This document shows positions 24,922 through 38,100 of a stretch of DNA of 64,000 bases, in pieces; position 1 is the first letter of the stretch, and every line of letters starts with the position of its first letter. Location: NCBI GenBank assembly GCA_004764695.1, contig SMSO01000008.1:496001-560000 (forward strand). Reading direction: 5' to 3'. Below the pieces are notes generated by a model. The model ran no database searches, was not told the origin of the DNA, and worked only from the letters and a program-made list of their open reading frames with translations. This DNA is from Schizochytrium sp. TIO01 (taxonomy: Eukaryota > Protista > Bigyra: Labyrinthulomycetes). The position numbers were made by a program, and so were the translations under genes.

Positions 24922-26367
24922 CGTTGCAGCGCAGCACCTCGGCGAGGCACCACCTGCTGCGCTACCTCCTTCGCAGGTTCTGAGTAAACATTGGAAATGA
25001 AAGCCACGTCGGACAAAGGTTTGAGGGCTTTTCGACAGAGAGCGAAGTGGGATATCGCGACGACTCCAGACAGCGACGACTCCAGCGATTGCGAGGCGCA
25101 GTTTGGCTTGCGGAGAGGAGAGAGCTCGACGTGGAGGGACAGCTGGCTGTAGCTGCCTGATGTGCAGCAAGTTCACGTCGACTCGCAGCGCATACGTTCG
25201 TTCGTTCGTTCGTTCGTTCGTTCGTTCATTTATTCATTTGTTCATCCGTCGCAACTGATCTTGAAAATGCCGCAAAACAGCGGTAACTTTTGAAGATGGC
25301 GTGAATAAGAGTGAACTCAATTCTTCATTTTTTAGGTTTAGTTTTTGAAAAGTCTAAAAACAAAGCAGATTGCACCCTGGAAACACATTGTTGAATGTTT
25401 TTAAAACAAGATAAAACTATAAAAAATCCCAACGCAAAGAATGAAAAGAGGGCAGCTGGTACCAATAGCAAGCCTGCTGAGGATCAAAATGCTGACGAAG
25501 GTGCGATAAACCGTGGAAAAGAGTAAAAAGAGAGCAGCTGATACTGATAATGAGCCTGCCGAGGATTAAAATACTGACGAAGGTATGATAAACTGTGGCT
25601 TGAAATGGAATGGAGGGGGAAAAAGAGACTCAAAAGCACCAGGGAGGAAGAAGAAGGCTTTGGGAAGGAGCGGCCTGCCCTCACCGGACTACGCGCACGC
25701 GAATGTTGGAGGTCTTTAGGGAGCGCCGTGTCGTGTAAGATGGCACGGCCTGCGCCCCTTTCAATTTTCTTTGACCAAATTTCCCTCCCTTTGAAAAGTT
25801 TCAAAGTTTTGAGAACGAGGTCGATTAAAAATAAATACATTAAAAAGCATAAATAACAAATAACTCGTTCGAGGTCTCCTTCGAAGCCCTGGTTCGCAGA
25901 GGCCATCGCGCTCAACGGAACGGCGCTCGCCATGGCGGGCAGCGACACGAAGCCCGTGGACAAAGCGCACCGCACCGCACCGCACCAGCCCGACTCGACC
26001 CCGGCTCTCTTCTCCAAGCTCCTCGAGGTCTCCAGTCCGGGCCCGAAGCCGGGTTCCTCTCTGCCGGTTCGCGCAGCGATGATTGACGATGCCTGAGCAA
26101 GTGGAGCTCGCTCGCGAGCTCGAGGGCCCAGCCGACGTCGCGGGGAGCGCGGCGCAGCAGGGCTAGGTCGGCAGCGGCATATCTCCTCGACGTCGAGGCT
26201 GTTCGCGCTCGGCTCTGCAGAAGCGGAGTGGACCGCCGGAACCTGGAGATCGATCTCGAGGGCAAGCGATCTCGCGCCTCGTTTGCAGTGCCCTCCTTGG
26301 TCCGCGAAGAAGCTGGCAATCTCGTGCCTAGAGACCAGGGTGGTTGCAATCGCCAACGAATTGCGCA

Positions 26368-26419
26368 GAGCTTGAGCTTGAGCTTGAGCTTGAGCTTGAG
26401 CTTGAGCTTGAGCTTGAGC
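26368..26419 (+). repeat. (GAGCTT)n microsatellite
   Basis: Directly visible. Confidence 0.95.
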
Positions 26420-27212
26420 ACCGAATCGAGGTTGAGAGATCAGCTTCGACTTCCGGGTTGGACCCGGCCTCGAGCGGTGTCGTCAACTTGAAACCTGGAA
26501 TCGGAGCGGTGTCGTCAGCTCAGAGCGAAGCCGCACGGCCGCAGCGATGCACGAGTTCCCAAAGGGCACCCGCGATGTCGGCGAGAGGAATATTGCAGAT
26601 GTACCTTCTACCTGCATACTCACTCGAACACACCGGCTGAGAGAGCTTGAACGAAAGAACCGCAGGCTTCAAGGCCTCAGGTGGAGCAGAGGAGCTCTCC
26701 TCGCCGACTTACTTATCGATCGATCGGTCGGTGGATCGTTTGTTTCTTTGGTTGGTTGGTTGGTTGGCCGATCGATGGATCGACTGACCGATCGATGGGT
26801 CGAAACCTCCTCTGCGGAGAATACATAAAACCTTTCTCCTCTGTTCTTTCTCTTTCAAGAAAGATACATTTTGTAGAATTTTACAAAATGTATCTTTCTT
26901 GAAAAGGAAAAGAGAGAGAAAGAGAGAAAAGAGACGAAAGGTTTTAACTTTTCACCTCTGCTGTGAGAGAATCTCTGAGAGGCTTTCAACTTACTTCCTA
27001 ACTATAGCGAGTGAGTTAGTTTGTTAGTTTGTTTGTTAGTTTGTTAGTTTGTTAGTTCGTTGATTAGTTAGTCAGGAAGGACAGAGGTCGCGAGCTAGAA
27101 CTTCAAGTCTCGAGGCGCCAGGGCGAGGTCGCCTGCCCGAAGAAGGAGGCTGCGTGCCCAGCCGTTTGGCTACGAAGCTCATTGGCTCGTTGGTTCGTTG
27201 GCTCGTTGGTTC

Positions 27213-27285
27213 GTTTGGTTTGGTTTGGTTTGGTTTGGTTTGGTTTGGTTTGGTTTGGTTTGGTTTGGTTTGGTTTGGTTTGGTT
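27213..27285 (+). repeat. (TTTGG)n microsatellite
   Basis: Directly visible. Confidence 0.95.
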
Positions 27286-29895
27286 TTGTTGCTGCTTGGT
27301 TGCTTGCTTGTTTCAAGCTGATTGTCGCGGTGGGCATGAACTTGCTGCGAGCTAGGAGGTTAGCTGCAGCGAGGAAGCTGGCAAGTGCGGGAAGGACGAA
27401 GCTGGAAGCTCCCAAGCTCCAAACAGAGACATCGCTTTAGCCCCGCAAAGCCCGAATGTCGCAGATGCCGCAGGCTGGCTGGGCTGGTCTTCTGTTCTGC
27501 TCAAGGGGCTTGTTTGGAAATTCGTGATTATTAAGCCAGGGAGCCAGGGTTAGATCGTTGGTTCGTTGGTTCGTTCGTTTGCCTGTTTTACAACAGTGCG
27601 ATTGTCGTTTCAATGCTCTGGGTAGCTAGGTAGCGTTTCGATACCTCGGCTTTGCCGCTGCAGCATCTGTTCCTGACCGAGACTTGTAGCGAGCGCTTGC
27701 AGGCTGCGTAGTTAGCTAGCTAGCTAGCTTAGCTAGCTAGCTACAAGTTGGTCGCTTGGTCGCTTGCCGGCTTGCACGCTTGGAGCACTGCCACCAGCCA
27801 GCGGTCACCGGCGATTCGATTACTCTGCGTCGGTGATGAGCTAAGGATGGGGAAATCAGCGGAGACAGCTGGCGCGTAGGTACCACCCGCATAGTGTTCC
27901 TTGAACGAAGATCTGGGTTGGACAAAGTGAGGTGCAGTCTCTCTGGGCAGTGCTCAGCTCGAAGGGCCGGCCTCTTGTTGCTGGTGCGGTGAACCATGCC
28001 GGCTTAGTCGCAGCTCAAGGACGCCCCTCAAAGCAGCGTCCTTCGGCGTTTGTGCTGGGCTCTGCCTTCTTTGCAAGGCGCCTGGAACCACAACTGGCAC
28101 CTTGATGGAGTGTGTTGATTTGAGAAATTCACAGTCTAAGACTGAGCTCTTGGTAGATGCCATTAGTACGATGCATGCGACTTATCATAGGAGGATCTGC
28201 TACCTTGCTACCTAGCTACCTTTGTGTGTGTGTTTCACTGTCACGGTTGAAAAGGTAAGGCTCTCTTGGTTTCGCTTTGTTTGAAACTGAGGAAAGCATT
28301 ACTTCAATGTTTCATGGCTCTGCTAGAGTGTCTCACGTAATCATATGCAGGTTTATCCAGGTTGACACCCAGAAATGAAATAAAAAAGAAAGAGCTGTGA
28401 AAGGAAAGAAAGGCTTAAAAGGCTAGAAAGATCGCATTTTTTAGATGTTCAGTACTTGCACATTTGCATGGTAGGTGTCATGTTGTGGAGCTGCTCACAT
28501 ACTTAATAAATTATTAGAGGCTAATCCTAGAATTTAATCTCTTCTTTGGGTCAAAATTCCAGTCAAAGGCATATCATTGCTATGGGTGTTAAATGCAGGG
28601 ATTTCGTGTAAAGCTTCTGAAGGGATCCTGGGAAATTCGAATGTGCAGGAATGGAAGGAAGTTACTAGTCCCGATATATAGCTACTTTCTTTTTCTCAAA
28701 GTAATCTAGAGCTAGGTATTCTTTGCTTTATCCTTGTATGAATATCTTTGGCCCGTGCCATTCAAGTCGAATTGCACAAGATTCACACGAAAGCTCCAGG
28801 TTAATCACACAAAACTCTAGCCTATGTGCGTGTTGTAGATCTGCAGTACCCTAGCAACAGAAATGGAGATGCACAAAGTTCGCAATAACTCATATAATGC
28901 TGAATGCCAAGAAACCCAGGATTTTTATATGTGAAAATCACCATCGATTCTGCTAACACCACCTTAGCAAGATTCTTTTGTTGCAATTAGGCCCATTGCT
29001 CATACATTCTAGCACGACGAATTACACGGCGTTGTCCACCCCGCCGGCTCCTCAAATTACTTCTGGGGGCAGCCACAGACAAAGGAACGGTTTCCGAATG
29101 ACAACGCGACAAAATTATTCCTCTTGCTGATAGTTAGCTGTACTGTGTCATCAAAAACTGGGAGGTGGCGAAATCTCGTGCCCATCCTCTCCAGGGAATT
29201 GAGAAACTCCTTCGGCGCGCTCTTGTCAATCAACTTGGGTCCTTATAATTTAGGACCTACTATTCTTACTTCTCATATTCTGTATGGCCAAGTCTCTACC
29301 AAATTATCGTTGCAACTTCAAGCTTTCGTCATTGGTGTCAGTTCTCAAGAACGGGGTTGTTCACAACTAGAGGGGTTGATCCTGTCAAGAATATGTTGGC
29401 AAAGAACTCAAGGAGGTTCTGTATGTCTTTCCATTCAAATTTATATATATTGAGGGCGCATTTATAGTTTATCCCGGAACACATGATGGCGCCGAATATA
29501 TCATTAGCAGCGGAGATGCGATCAATCTCTGCTTTTGAATATTTAAAAAGAAATTCGCAATTTCTTCTCACTTCGAAAAGTTGTTAGCTGTACGCGATCG
29601 ACTAAGAAACCCAGTGTTCATAGAATTTTGAGATTTGAGTCCCACGATTTATCAATTAGCAGAGTTGTAAATTACTAGTTCTTTTTTCGTTTTTTGTTTT
29701 GTAATTTTAAAAAGTATTTATTTATCAAATTACTTGTTCCACCTATTTTCCAAAACAAAGTACGGCTCGACAAAGAAGTGATCATATTCAATGCTTTTAC
29801 ATAAGAGCAGACCGGCAAACGGAAAGATACATTAAACACTCAAATTAAATAGTCGAATTCGTTCTATTTTGAAACAGGTTTAATTCACATCTTAA

Positions 29896-31249
29896 TTAGG
29901 TTGATTTATCTCGACTTTCGAAGATGCTTGTGATCACTCTAGAAAGCACCTCCCGCATGTTTGCAACAACAATCGACATTTTTCCGTCGGAAAGGTCGTT
30001 AGTGTTTGGAGAACCAACATGATTGGTTTCTGTATCAAGTGGTATCGAAATGCTCGCCAAGACTTGACATGAAGGAGTGTCCATGTCCAGCCTGGGAGCA
30101 ACAACATGGCCATAGGCGACATTGTCACGTAAAGTAGTCGCACCTGACTGAGAGCCGACCAGATGTTTGTCATTTTAACAATATTCGTGACAACCTGACA
30201 GGATATCTTGTTCTGGTTCGAAGGCGGTCTCAAGAGACCTAGATGGTCTATAAGCTATGCATCCTGATCTCGTTCCGACAAAACCATGTTTTTGATGCTA
30301 TTAGTTGTATCAGCCGGCAAACCCCCTTAAGCTTTGAGTTTTTTGTTTTTTTGTTTTTGTTTTTAGTTTTTTTTGTTTTCAAGGCAGGACTTCTCTTTGT
30401 AAACCTGAAAACCTGTAATCCTGCACGTTGCAGAGCCCCTGCCTTTAATCCAGGTATGCTAATACTTTCTGTGTCATGGTTAGAGGCCTTGCATCTACCT
30501 AGTCACAGAGTAAGACCTGTGTAGGGTAGCTAGGCCATTCGGGCGAAGCCAAGCCTTCAAAACACCCTCGTGCACATGTTAGCCCACGCAAGCAACACAT
30601 GACTTTCTACTCTTTGTATCTTCATTAAGTCCTTCGCAGCGTTCGGAAACGATTTCAAACGCTGCATGCGCCCAAAGCCTCTGTGATACAAAAGGGGGCC
30701 CAAACTTGGTCCAGATTTTGTCCCAATTTCTGCTGAAGCTTGCCTGTATACTAACGGGAAACGCCGCAGAGGACCTGGAGTTCGTAGCAACTATGCTAAG
30801 AGTTTCTTCCTCCGAATCGAAGCCTGTTGAGGGTTGCATGCGACGTTTGTACCGGCATCCTGGTGGACGGCCTGAAGCACATTTGAGATATAAAACTTAT
30901 GCTTAAGCACCTCGACATGTAGCAGCTTGTTTTCTCTACGCAGGAATGTATCTACGAAGCTGGCGTACTTCCGGCAAGCTACAGCAGCCTCCACCTCCAT
31001 CTCTAGTTCTGCAATTCGCCTCAAGTATAGCGGTCGCTCCGCCTCCAGCTCTGCATTTCGGGTTAGCAGCCGCCTCTTCCCCAGCGCTCCAATCCCTGTG
31101 ACGCCGCTGACCGAGCCATCATAGCCGCGCTTGCCGTGGTCACCATGTTTTCCTTGTGGGGCTCCGTCGTTGCAACCTCCATCAGAATTCGCTCTGCCTC
31201 CACGCTCAGTGTCTGTAGAACTCTCTGCGGAGCACTCGCGATCTGCCAT
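29896..31249 (-). pseudogene. Frameshifted paralog of the bZIP-like gene at 20061-21797
   Basis: TRNAELEAERPLYLRRIAELEMEV...LRRENKLLHVEVLKHKFYISN aligns with TRNEELEASRPMYLKRIADLQQEV...LRKENKLLRVEILKHKTYISN. Similarity continues in other frames (RNWDKIW vs TQWDPVW; SCQVLASISIPL vs TSHAIVTCSVPF). Confidence 0.75.
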
Positions 31250-31509
31250 TGCTCGAGCAGCTCCTTACGCGTAGGTTTCGACTTGCCTCGCGTGTTTTTG
31301 CGCTCTTACGCTCTTATTTTGTGTCTTTGTGCTCGGCCTCTCTTAAATTGGTCTGCGGTGTTTTGAGGGATTCACTCCTTCATCGCTAAGTCTGCGCGCT
31401 TGTAGTGTGGGGACTAACAAGCTTCTCGGGGCTCGAGTACAATGCCAGTTTGTAACACAAATTCCATTAGGAGGGACTAAGGTTTGTGGTAGGTGACTCC
31501 TTTATAGAA

Positions 31510-31617
<108 letters not shown>

Positions 31618-32197
31618 GCCGGTTGGTTGAGGAACGAGAGTTGTTGAATCCAAGCTGGAGATGCATAGATGCACATTGCCGCATACTCTACTTCGTATTT
31701 GGTTGTTGCACTGGCTTGCTATGTTACAATCAAATTCTACTCAAGCCCCCTCGATGAGCTGAGTATTCAAGGGGTCAATAATTATGTCTTTTCAGTGATT
31801 ATGGACTTCTATCTCGTATTGCAAAACAATGATTTTAAATCGATGAGAATATGTTGTCTCCGTTCATAAGTGTAAGTTCTTATATGTTTAAAAGCAATAG
31901 GAGCGGGGGGTGATAGAATACATTTCCTGATTGGCTTAGCGTGTTCGCACCAGCTCAACAAGTTTGATATATTCTTTATGATACGACCTCTCATTATGGA
32001 TAACGTCTACTTCTAATCCTCATCATCTGTTCGTACAGGCAAGTTTCTAACTTTGGTTCTAATCTTTTAAATATTGTGATATCTTCAATGAGGTTAGCAT
32101 CTTTTCTATACTGCAAATTTGCATCTGCAGTGATAGAAAAGAAGGTTAACACTATAAAACCCTCTTAAGTTTTTGTGCACTTACATGGTCATCTTCT

Positions 32198-35100
32198 TTA
32201 AGCAGCCCCATTTTTTTTAGCCTTCTCATCTCGAAATGCCTGAATTATTACATCGCGATCTTTATAAGTACTAATACAGATGTCTTTGCGCAGAACAGTG
32301 TGGTTAAGTTGAGCAGCTTTCTCGACGGTGTCATATCCCTTACTTATAATCAAAGCCGCATAGGAATCCATCCCAATATTCTTCAAAACACGTGTAACCT
32401 CATCCATGCGAGCATCCTCTTCCATAATCGAGAAGAGGCGAGTTGATCGACGACTGGCAACGGTGCTTGATCGCTCTCGGGCTGGCTCTGCTGCGTTTGA
32501 GATGGAGTTTGGTTTCGTTCGAGAAGAATCGTTTGGAGTGAAAGCCTCAATAATTTTCTGGCGGTCGCCAAATCTTATAAATCCAGCTGCACGTAGTTCT
32601 GTGTGAGTGAGTTTCTTCATCTTTCTCATCGAGGTCAAGTTTGCTTCGTCTAGAGCTTTAAATGCGGACATAAGTTCATGTTGGCGAAGAATCTTTAAGA
32701 CCATACCCTTTTCTGAGTTCTCATCAACAACAGGCTCGGAGCGACGACTGCGAGTGCTTCCTGTGCCACTTGAAATTGATGATGACAAACGAGAGTCCTC
32801 GTCAGTAGTACTGTCATTGTCTGCGCTCTTCTCTTCCTCACTTAGTCCTTCAAGCGGCTCTGGTGCAGGTTGAGATTCTCTTTTCGACTTTCTGGATAGA
32901 CGAGCTATCGATTTTCTAATGAAGGATGTAATCTTGCTTTGACGAGCAGGGCGACTTTGATCTGGTAAGTCTGAAAACGCCTGAATCATTTTATCACGAG
33001 TTGAAAAATTCGGGAATCCAATATTTCGAAGTTCCCGGTGGCTAAGAGCTTTGCAATTCTCAATAGTGTTAGCACCTTTCTCGAATAATTTATCGCAATC
33101 GGAATCGCTTACACCAGCCTTTTTGAGAATCTCTCTAATCTGGGTTTGCTCATTGACTTCTGAGGGCGAAGGAGGATATGGTTCTATCGGCAATGGCAGT
33201 TCTATCGGCTTTGGCAGTTCGATCGGCTTTGACGTTTCTTTTGGTTCATCATGGGGATCTCGCAATACCCTTAATGCTTTTGCTCGTTCTGTATAGGTAC
33301 TTACACCCATGCTACGCAGTATTGTATGATCAAGTTTTTGGCAATCTTTTAGGGTTCGAAATTTGTGCTCAGAAAAATTAGCCTGATACTTTTCCAGGCC
33401 AGCTTCCTTCAGAATTTTCAGAACTTCAGAGTCTACATCTGGGGTAGCGATCGGCAATCCAGTTTCTTCGTGGTTGTTGCTTTCATCTTCTTCTGCTTCA
33501 TCATCTTCCACTTCTGCTACAACAGCGTCCTCTTCTTCGTTTTCGTCCTCTTCTTCAGTATCGCTGGAAGCACGCGAGTTGATGTCCCTGTACTCTTGGC
33601 AAAGCTTGATAATAGCTGCACGTTCAGCCCGTAATACGCCAGCACTTTTCAATTCCTGTACAGATCCTGTTCTACCTACTGCCAGTGAGAACCCATGGAT
33701 CTTTGCGTCTTCAAACTTGTCCGGGACTTTTGCTTTCTTGAAAATCTCCAGGACTATTGCGTCATCTCGAGCAATCTCGTCCTCGCTTGGTATAACGCTC
33801 TTCTTTCTGCTTCGTCGTTCGCCTTTAAGATTTTGGCCATATGCCTTGCACGCTTTAATGAGGTGATGGCGTTTACCCATACTAACACCAGCTTCTTCAA
33901 GCCCGACATGGGATCCAGCCATTCCTACTTCCATCGAGAAACCGTGGGTCAAGGCATCCTCGAATTTATCTTCAATCTGAAGATCAACGAAAATTTTGTG
34001 CAATGGTTTGTGTTCTGGAGGATAATCATCTTGTTCGCCATCTTGTTCGCTTGTTGAGCTCTTCTCACTTACTTTGCTACTGGCATAGCTAGATTTGCTG
34101 CTCCTCCGCTTGCTTCCTTGTTCGCTTTCAGCGTCTCCACTCGGTGGTTTATAAGCTTGACATGCTTTAATGATCTCGCATCGCTTGCCCATGGGGATGC
34201 CACCAGCCGCTTTCAACTCCACATGAGACCCCTTCTTGCCAGCCTCGATGGTAAAACCGTGTGTCAAGGCATCTTCAAACTTGTCACCCAAGCCGACCTC
34301 TTCAAAGATCCTCTGAAGAGCCTTTTCTTCAGGAGTACGAGCAATTTCCTCTTCGTCATCTACCTCATGCGAACTTTTGCTACGCTTACTATTCTTGCTT
34401 CGCTTGCTACTGGCATAGCTGGATTTGCTGCTCCGCTTGCTACTTGCATAGCTAGATTTGCTGCTCCGCTTGCTTCCTTGTTCGCTTTCAGCGTCTCCAC
34501 TCGGTGGTTCATAAGCTTGACATGCTTTAATGATCTCGAATCGCTTGCCCATGGGAATACCACCCGCCGCTTTCAACTCCACATGAGACCCCTTCTTACC
34601 AGCCTCGATGCTGAAACCGTTGTCAAGAGCGGCATCGAGCTTGTCGGGAACTCCAGCTGCTTGAAAGATATCCTGCAACACCTCACGCTCAGATGGTATA
34701 CTGACTGATGGGTTCTCGGGTGTCTCTTCGTGTCTACTCTTACTGCTTCTACCGCTCGTACGGCTCGAAGAGCTTCTTCTACCGCTTGCAGAACTTTGTT
34801 TGCTACTTGCTCTGCTGCTTTGACGGTTTCTCCCACCCTCATCATCATTGGGCTTTGCGTCCCCACTTGGAGGAACATATGTTTGACAAGCTTTAATGAT
34901 GTCGAACCGCTCCTTAAAAGCAAACCCAGCCTCCTTAAGGCTGTCAGTATTGCCTTGTTCTCCTTGCTCTACTGTAAACCCAGATGCAATAGCAGCATCT
35001 ACCTTGCTCTCCAAACCTATTTCTGTAAAAATGGCTCGCAACGTGTCGACATTGCCAGGAGGCAATATGGGTGCACTTTTGTGGCTATTGATACTTTTCG

Positions 35101-38100
35101 TGCTTCTGACAGAGCTCCGCTTGCTACTGGCATAGCTGGATTTGCTGCTCCGCTTGCTTCCTTGTTCGCTTTCAGCGTCTCCACTCGGTGGTTCATAAGC
35201 TTGACATGCTTTAATGATCTCGAATCGCTTGCCCATGGGAATACCACCAGCCGCTTTCAACTCCACATGAGACCCCTTCTTACCAGCCTCGATGCTGAAA
35301 CCGTTGTCAAGAGCGGCATCGAGCTTGTCGGGAACTCCAGCTGCTTGAAAGATATCCTGCAACACCTCACGCTCAGATGGTATACTGACTGATGGGTTCT
35401 CGGGTGTCTCTTCGTGTCTACTCTTACTGCTTCTACCGCTCGTACGGCTCGAAGAGCTTCTTCTACCGCTTGCAGAACTTTGTTTGCTACTTGCTCTGCT
35501 GCTTTGACGGTTTCTCCCACCCTCATCATCATTGGGCTTTGCGTCCCCACTTGGAGGAACATATGTTTGACAAGCTTTAACGATGTCGAACCGCTCCTTA
35601 AAAGCAAACCCAGCCTCCTTAAGGCTGTCAGTATTGCCTTGTTCTCCTTGCTCTACTGTAAACCCAGATGCAATAGCAGCATCTACCTTGCTCTCCAAAC
35701 CTATTTCTGTAAAAATGGCTCGCAACGTGTCGACATTGCCAGGAGGCAATATGGGTGCACTTTTGTGGCTATTGATACTTTTCGTGCTTCTGACAGAGCT
35801 CCGCTTGCTACTGGCATAGCTGGATTTGCTGCTCCGCTTGCTTCCTTGTTCGCTTTCAGCGTCTCCACTCGGTGGTTCATAAGCTTGACATGCTTTAATG
35901 ATCTCGAATCGCTTGCCCATGGGAATACCACCAGCCGCTTTCAACTCCACATGAGACCCCTTCTTACCAGCCTCGATGCTGAAACCATTCTCAAGAGCGG
36001 CATCGAGCTTGTCGGCAATTTCAGCTGCCTCAAACATCTCCTGCAACACCTGACGCTCAGATAAAGGTTCTCGTCCACAGCTTTCCAGTCGAGAGTTTGA
36101 ACTACATTCGCTGTTCTGACTACAACTTGAACTCTCTTGTACCGTAGCAGGTGGTGTGCTGTCTGATTCGGACTCCTCGTCCTCTGAACCTTCCTCAATA
36201 ATTGTGGAGATCCTCTTATTGGATGATTGTCTACTTTTGCGATAGGAAATACTCATACGTTTACTAACGACCCTCTTCGCATCACTTTTTGTTGTTGAAT
36301 GACTTTTAACTTCACTTTGTGAGGACACACCGCTTGTTCGACTGACCCTATCAGCACCCACACTGGGCGTCCTAGATGATCTCTCACTTCGGTGGTTATT
36401 ATTCCCGACAGAATGAGACCGCTTACTACTCTGGCTAGAACGCGTCCTGCTGCGACTACTGCTTGTGCTTTGGCTTGCTGCTACTGAGCTTCCAGATGAC
36501 GATGTGAACGATTGCGGTCGGGCTGGTTTGACTTTCCAAATAGATGTTGGAGAATCAATGATGACGCTTTGCGGCTCGCTTGGTCTACTTGAAGTGCTAC
36601 CATGGTAGTTCTCTCCGCTGGGATGTCCCAAATCGGGATCAGCCACTTCAATTGCCAAGGCTTCATCGTCTTGATCTGTATGACTGGTAGTTCTTCTCAC
36701 AGATGGGTACGGTTCACCCTTGTTTGCTTGAATAATCGATAATCTGCGCGCAACAGCTTGTTGCTCCAACGCCTTCTTTTTCTTCGCCCGCTTTGCCGCC
36801 TTGGCTTCACGCTTGTTTTGTGTTGCCTTCTTGAAAACCTCTTTATAGTGTTCTTTTAACCCAGGGTCCTGAAAAATCTCATCTACAGAGTCGCTGTTTA
36901 TTCTTTTTGAGGCTGCTGGTGACCTGAACAGAGAAAACCGGTGTGAGACACCATTATGAATATCCTTGTTGTCACTGGAAGTGTTGGAAGTGATGTCTTC
37001 GTCTGCTCCATGTAGACGAAACAGCGTATTCATGACCCTGGTGGATCGTCTTTCCCGAGGCATTTCGCTAACCTTCTGAAGCACCATATCCATGTTTGGG
37101 CGAAATTTGGGTTGCGGGGCCCAACATTGCTTAATGAGTTTGCACATGCGAGCTTTCCATCCCGTGTTATCGCCAAAGGTTGGCCTTTCTCCACGGTCCA
37201 CAGCATCGACGACTTCGTCCACAGTGTAATTGTACCAAGGGGGTTGACGCTCTTTAATTTGCCAACACAGTATTGCGAACGAGTACACATCTGACCGTGG
37301 TGACCACCTCGCTGGCAATTCAAGAGTCTCCGGAGCAGCGTATGGAATGTTCCCTTCTGCAAAAGAATCTGGAATGAAGCCAAAGTCCGTCAACTTCACA
37401 CCGGGTTCGGCGCCCTCCAAGAGCAACACGTTCCGGGGCTGTAAGTTGCGATGCAATATGTTCAAGCTATGAAGGTGTGCGAGTCCCCGTGCTACTCCTT
37501 TCATAATAGTTTCTTCCTGTGATGGTGTGAGTTCGACCTCTTCATCATCGAGAAGGTCATCAAGACTCCAGTCGCACCGCTCCAAGACCAGCTGCAGACG
37601 CATGTCCCACATGTAGGCGCCCCATAAATGTACAAGATTACGATGGCTTATATTGGTCCATACACGTAAAACACGAAGAATCTCGACTTGGTCCTGGACA
37701 GACGTAAAGGAAGGATCTGATTTTGCCACAACGTCGATTCCTCGCCAGCGTCCGGCAACTGCTGTGCCAAAAGTTCCTTGGTGAATGATTGGCTCGATTA
37801 GCTTAACCTTTTTCCTGCGAATCGTGGCTGATTCGGCCTGCATTTCAACAGCAAGTTTTGATGCTAACTCTGCGAGACGGCCTTTTAAAGATTTGCGACC
37901 TGCCTTGGAGCTGTGTAATTTGGCATCTAATCCCTTGGCAGACAAGTCCCTCACCATGTGGCTTACTTTGCGTGCGAGGCGTGAGAGAGGGGGGTACTCG
38001 CTAGAAACTGCCTCCAAAGATTGTTTGAGCATAGCTGCGTCCCTCTCCAGGTCTTTACGATTATCACTCTTAAAGACCTCAAAAACGTCATCAGCATCAA

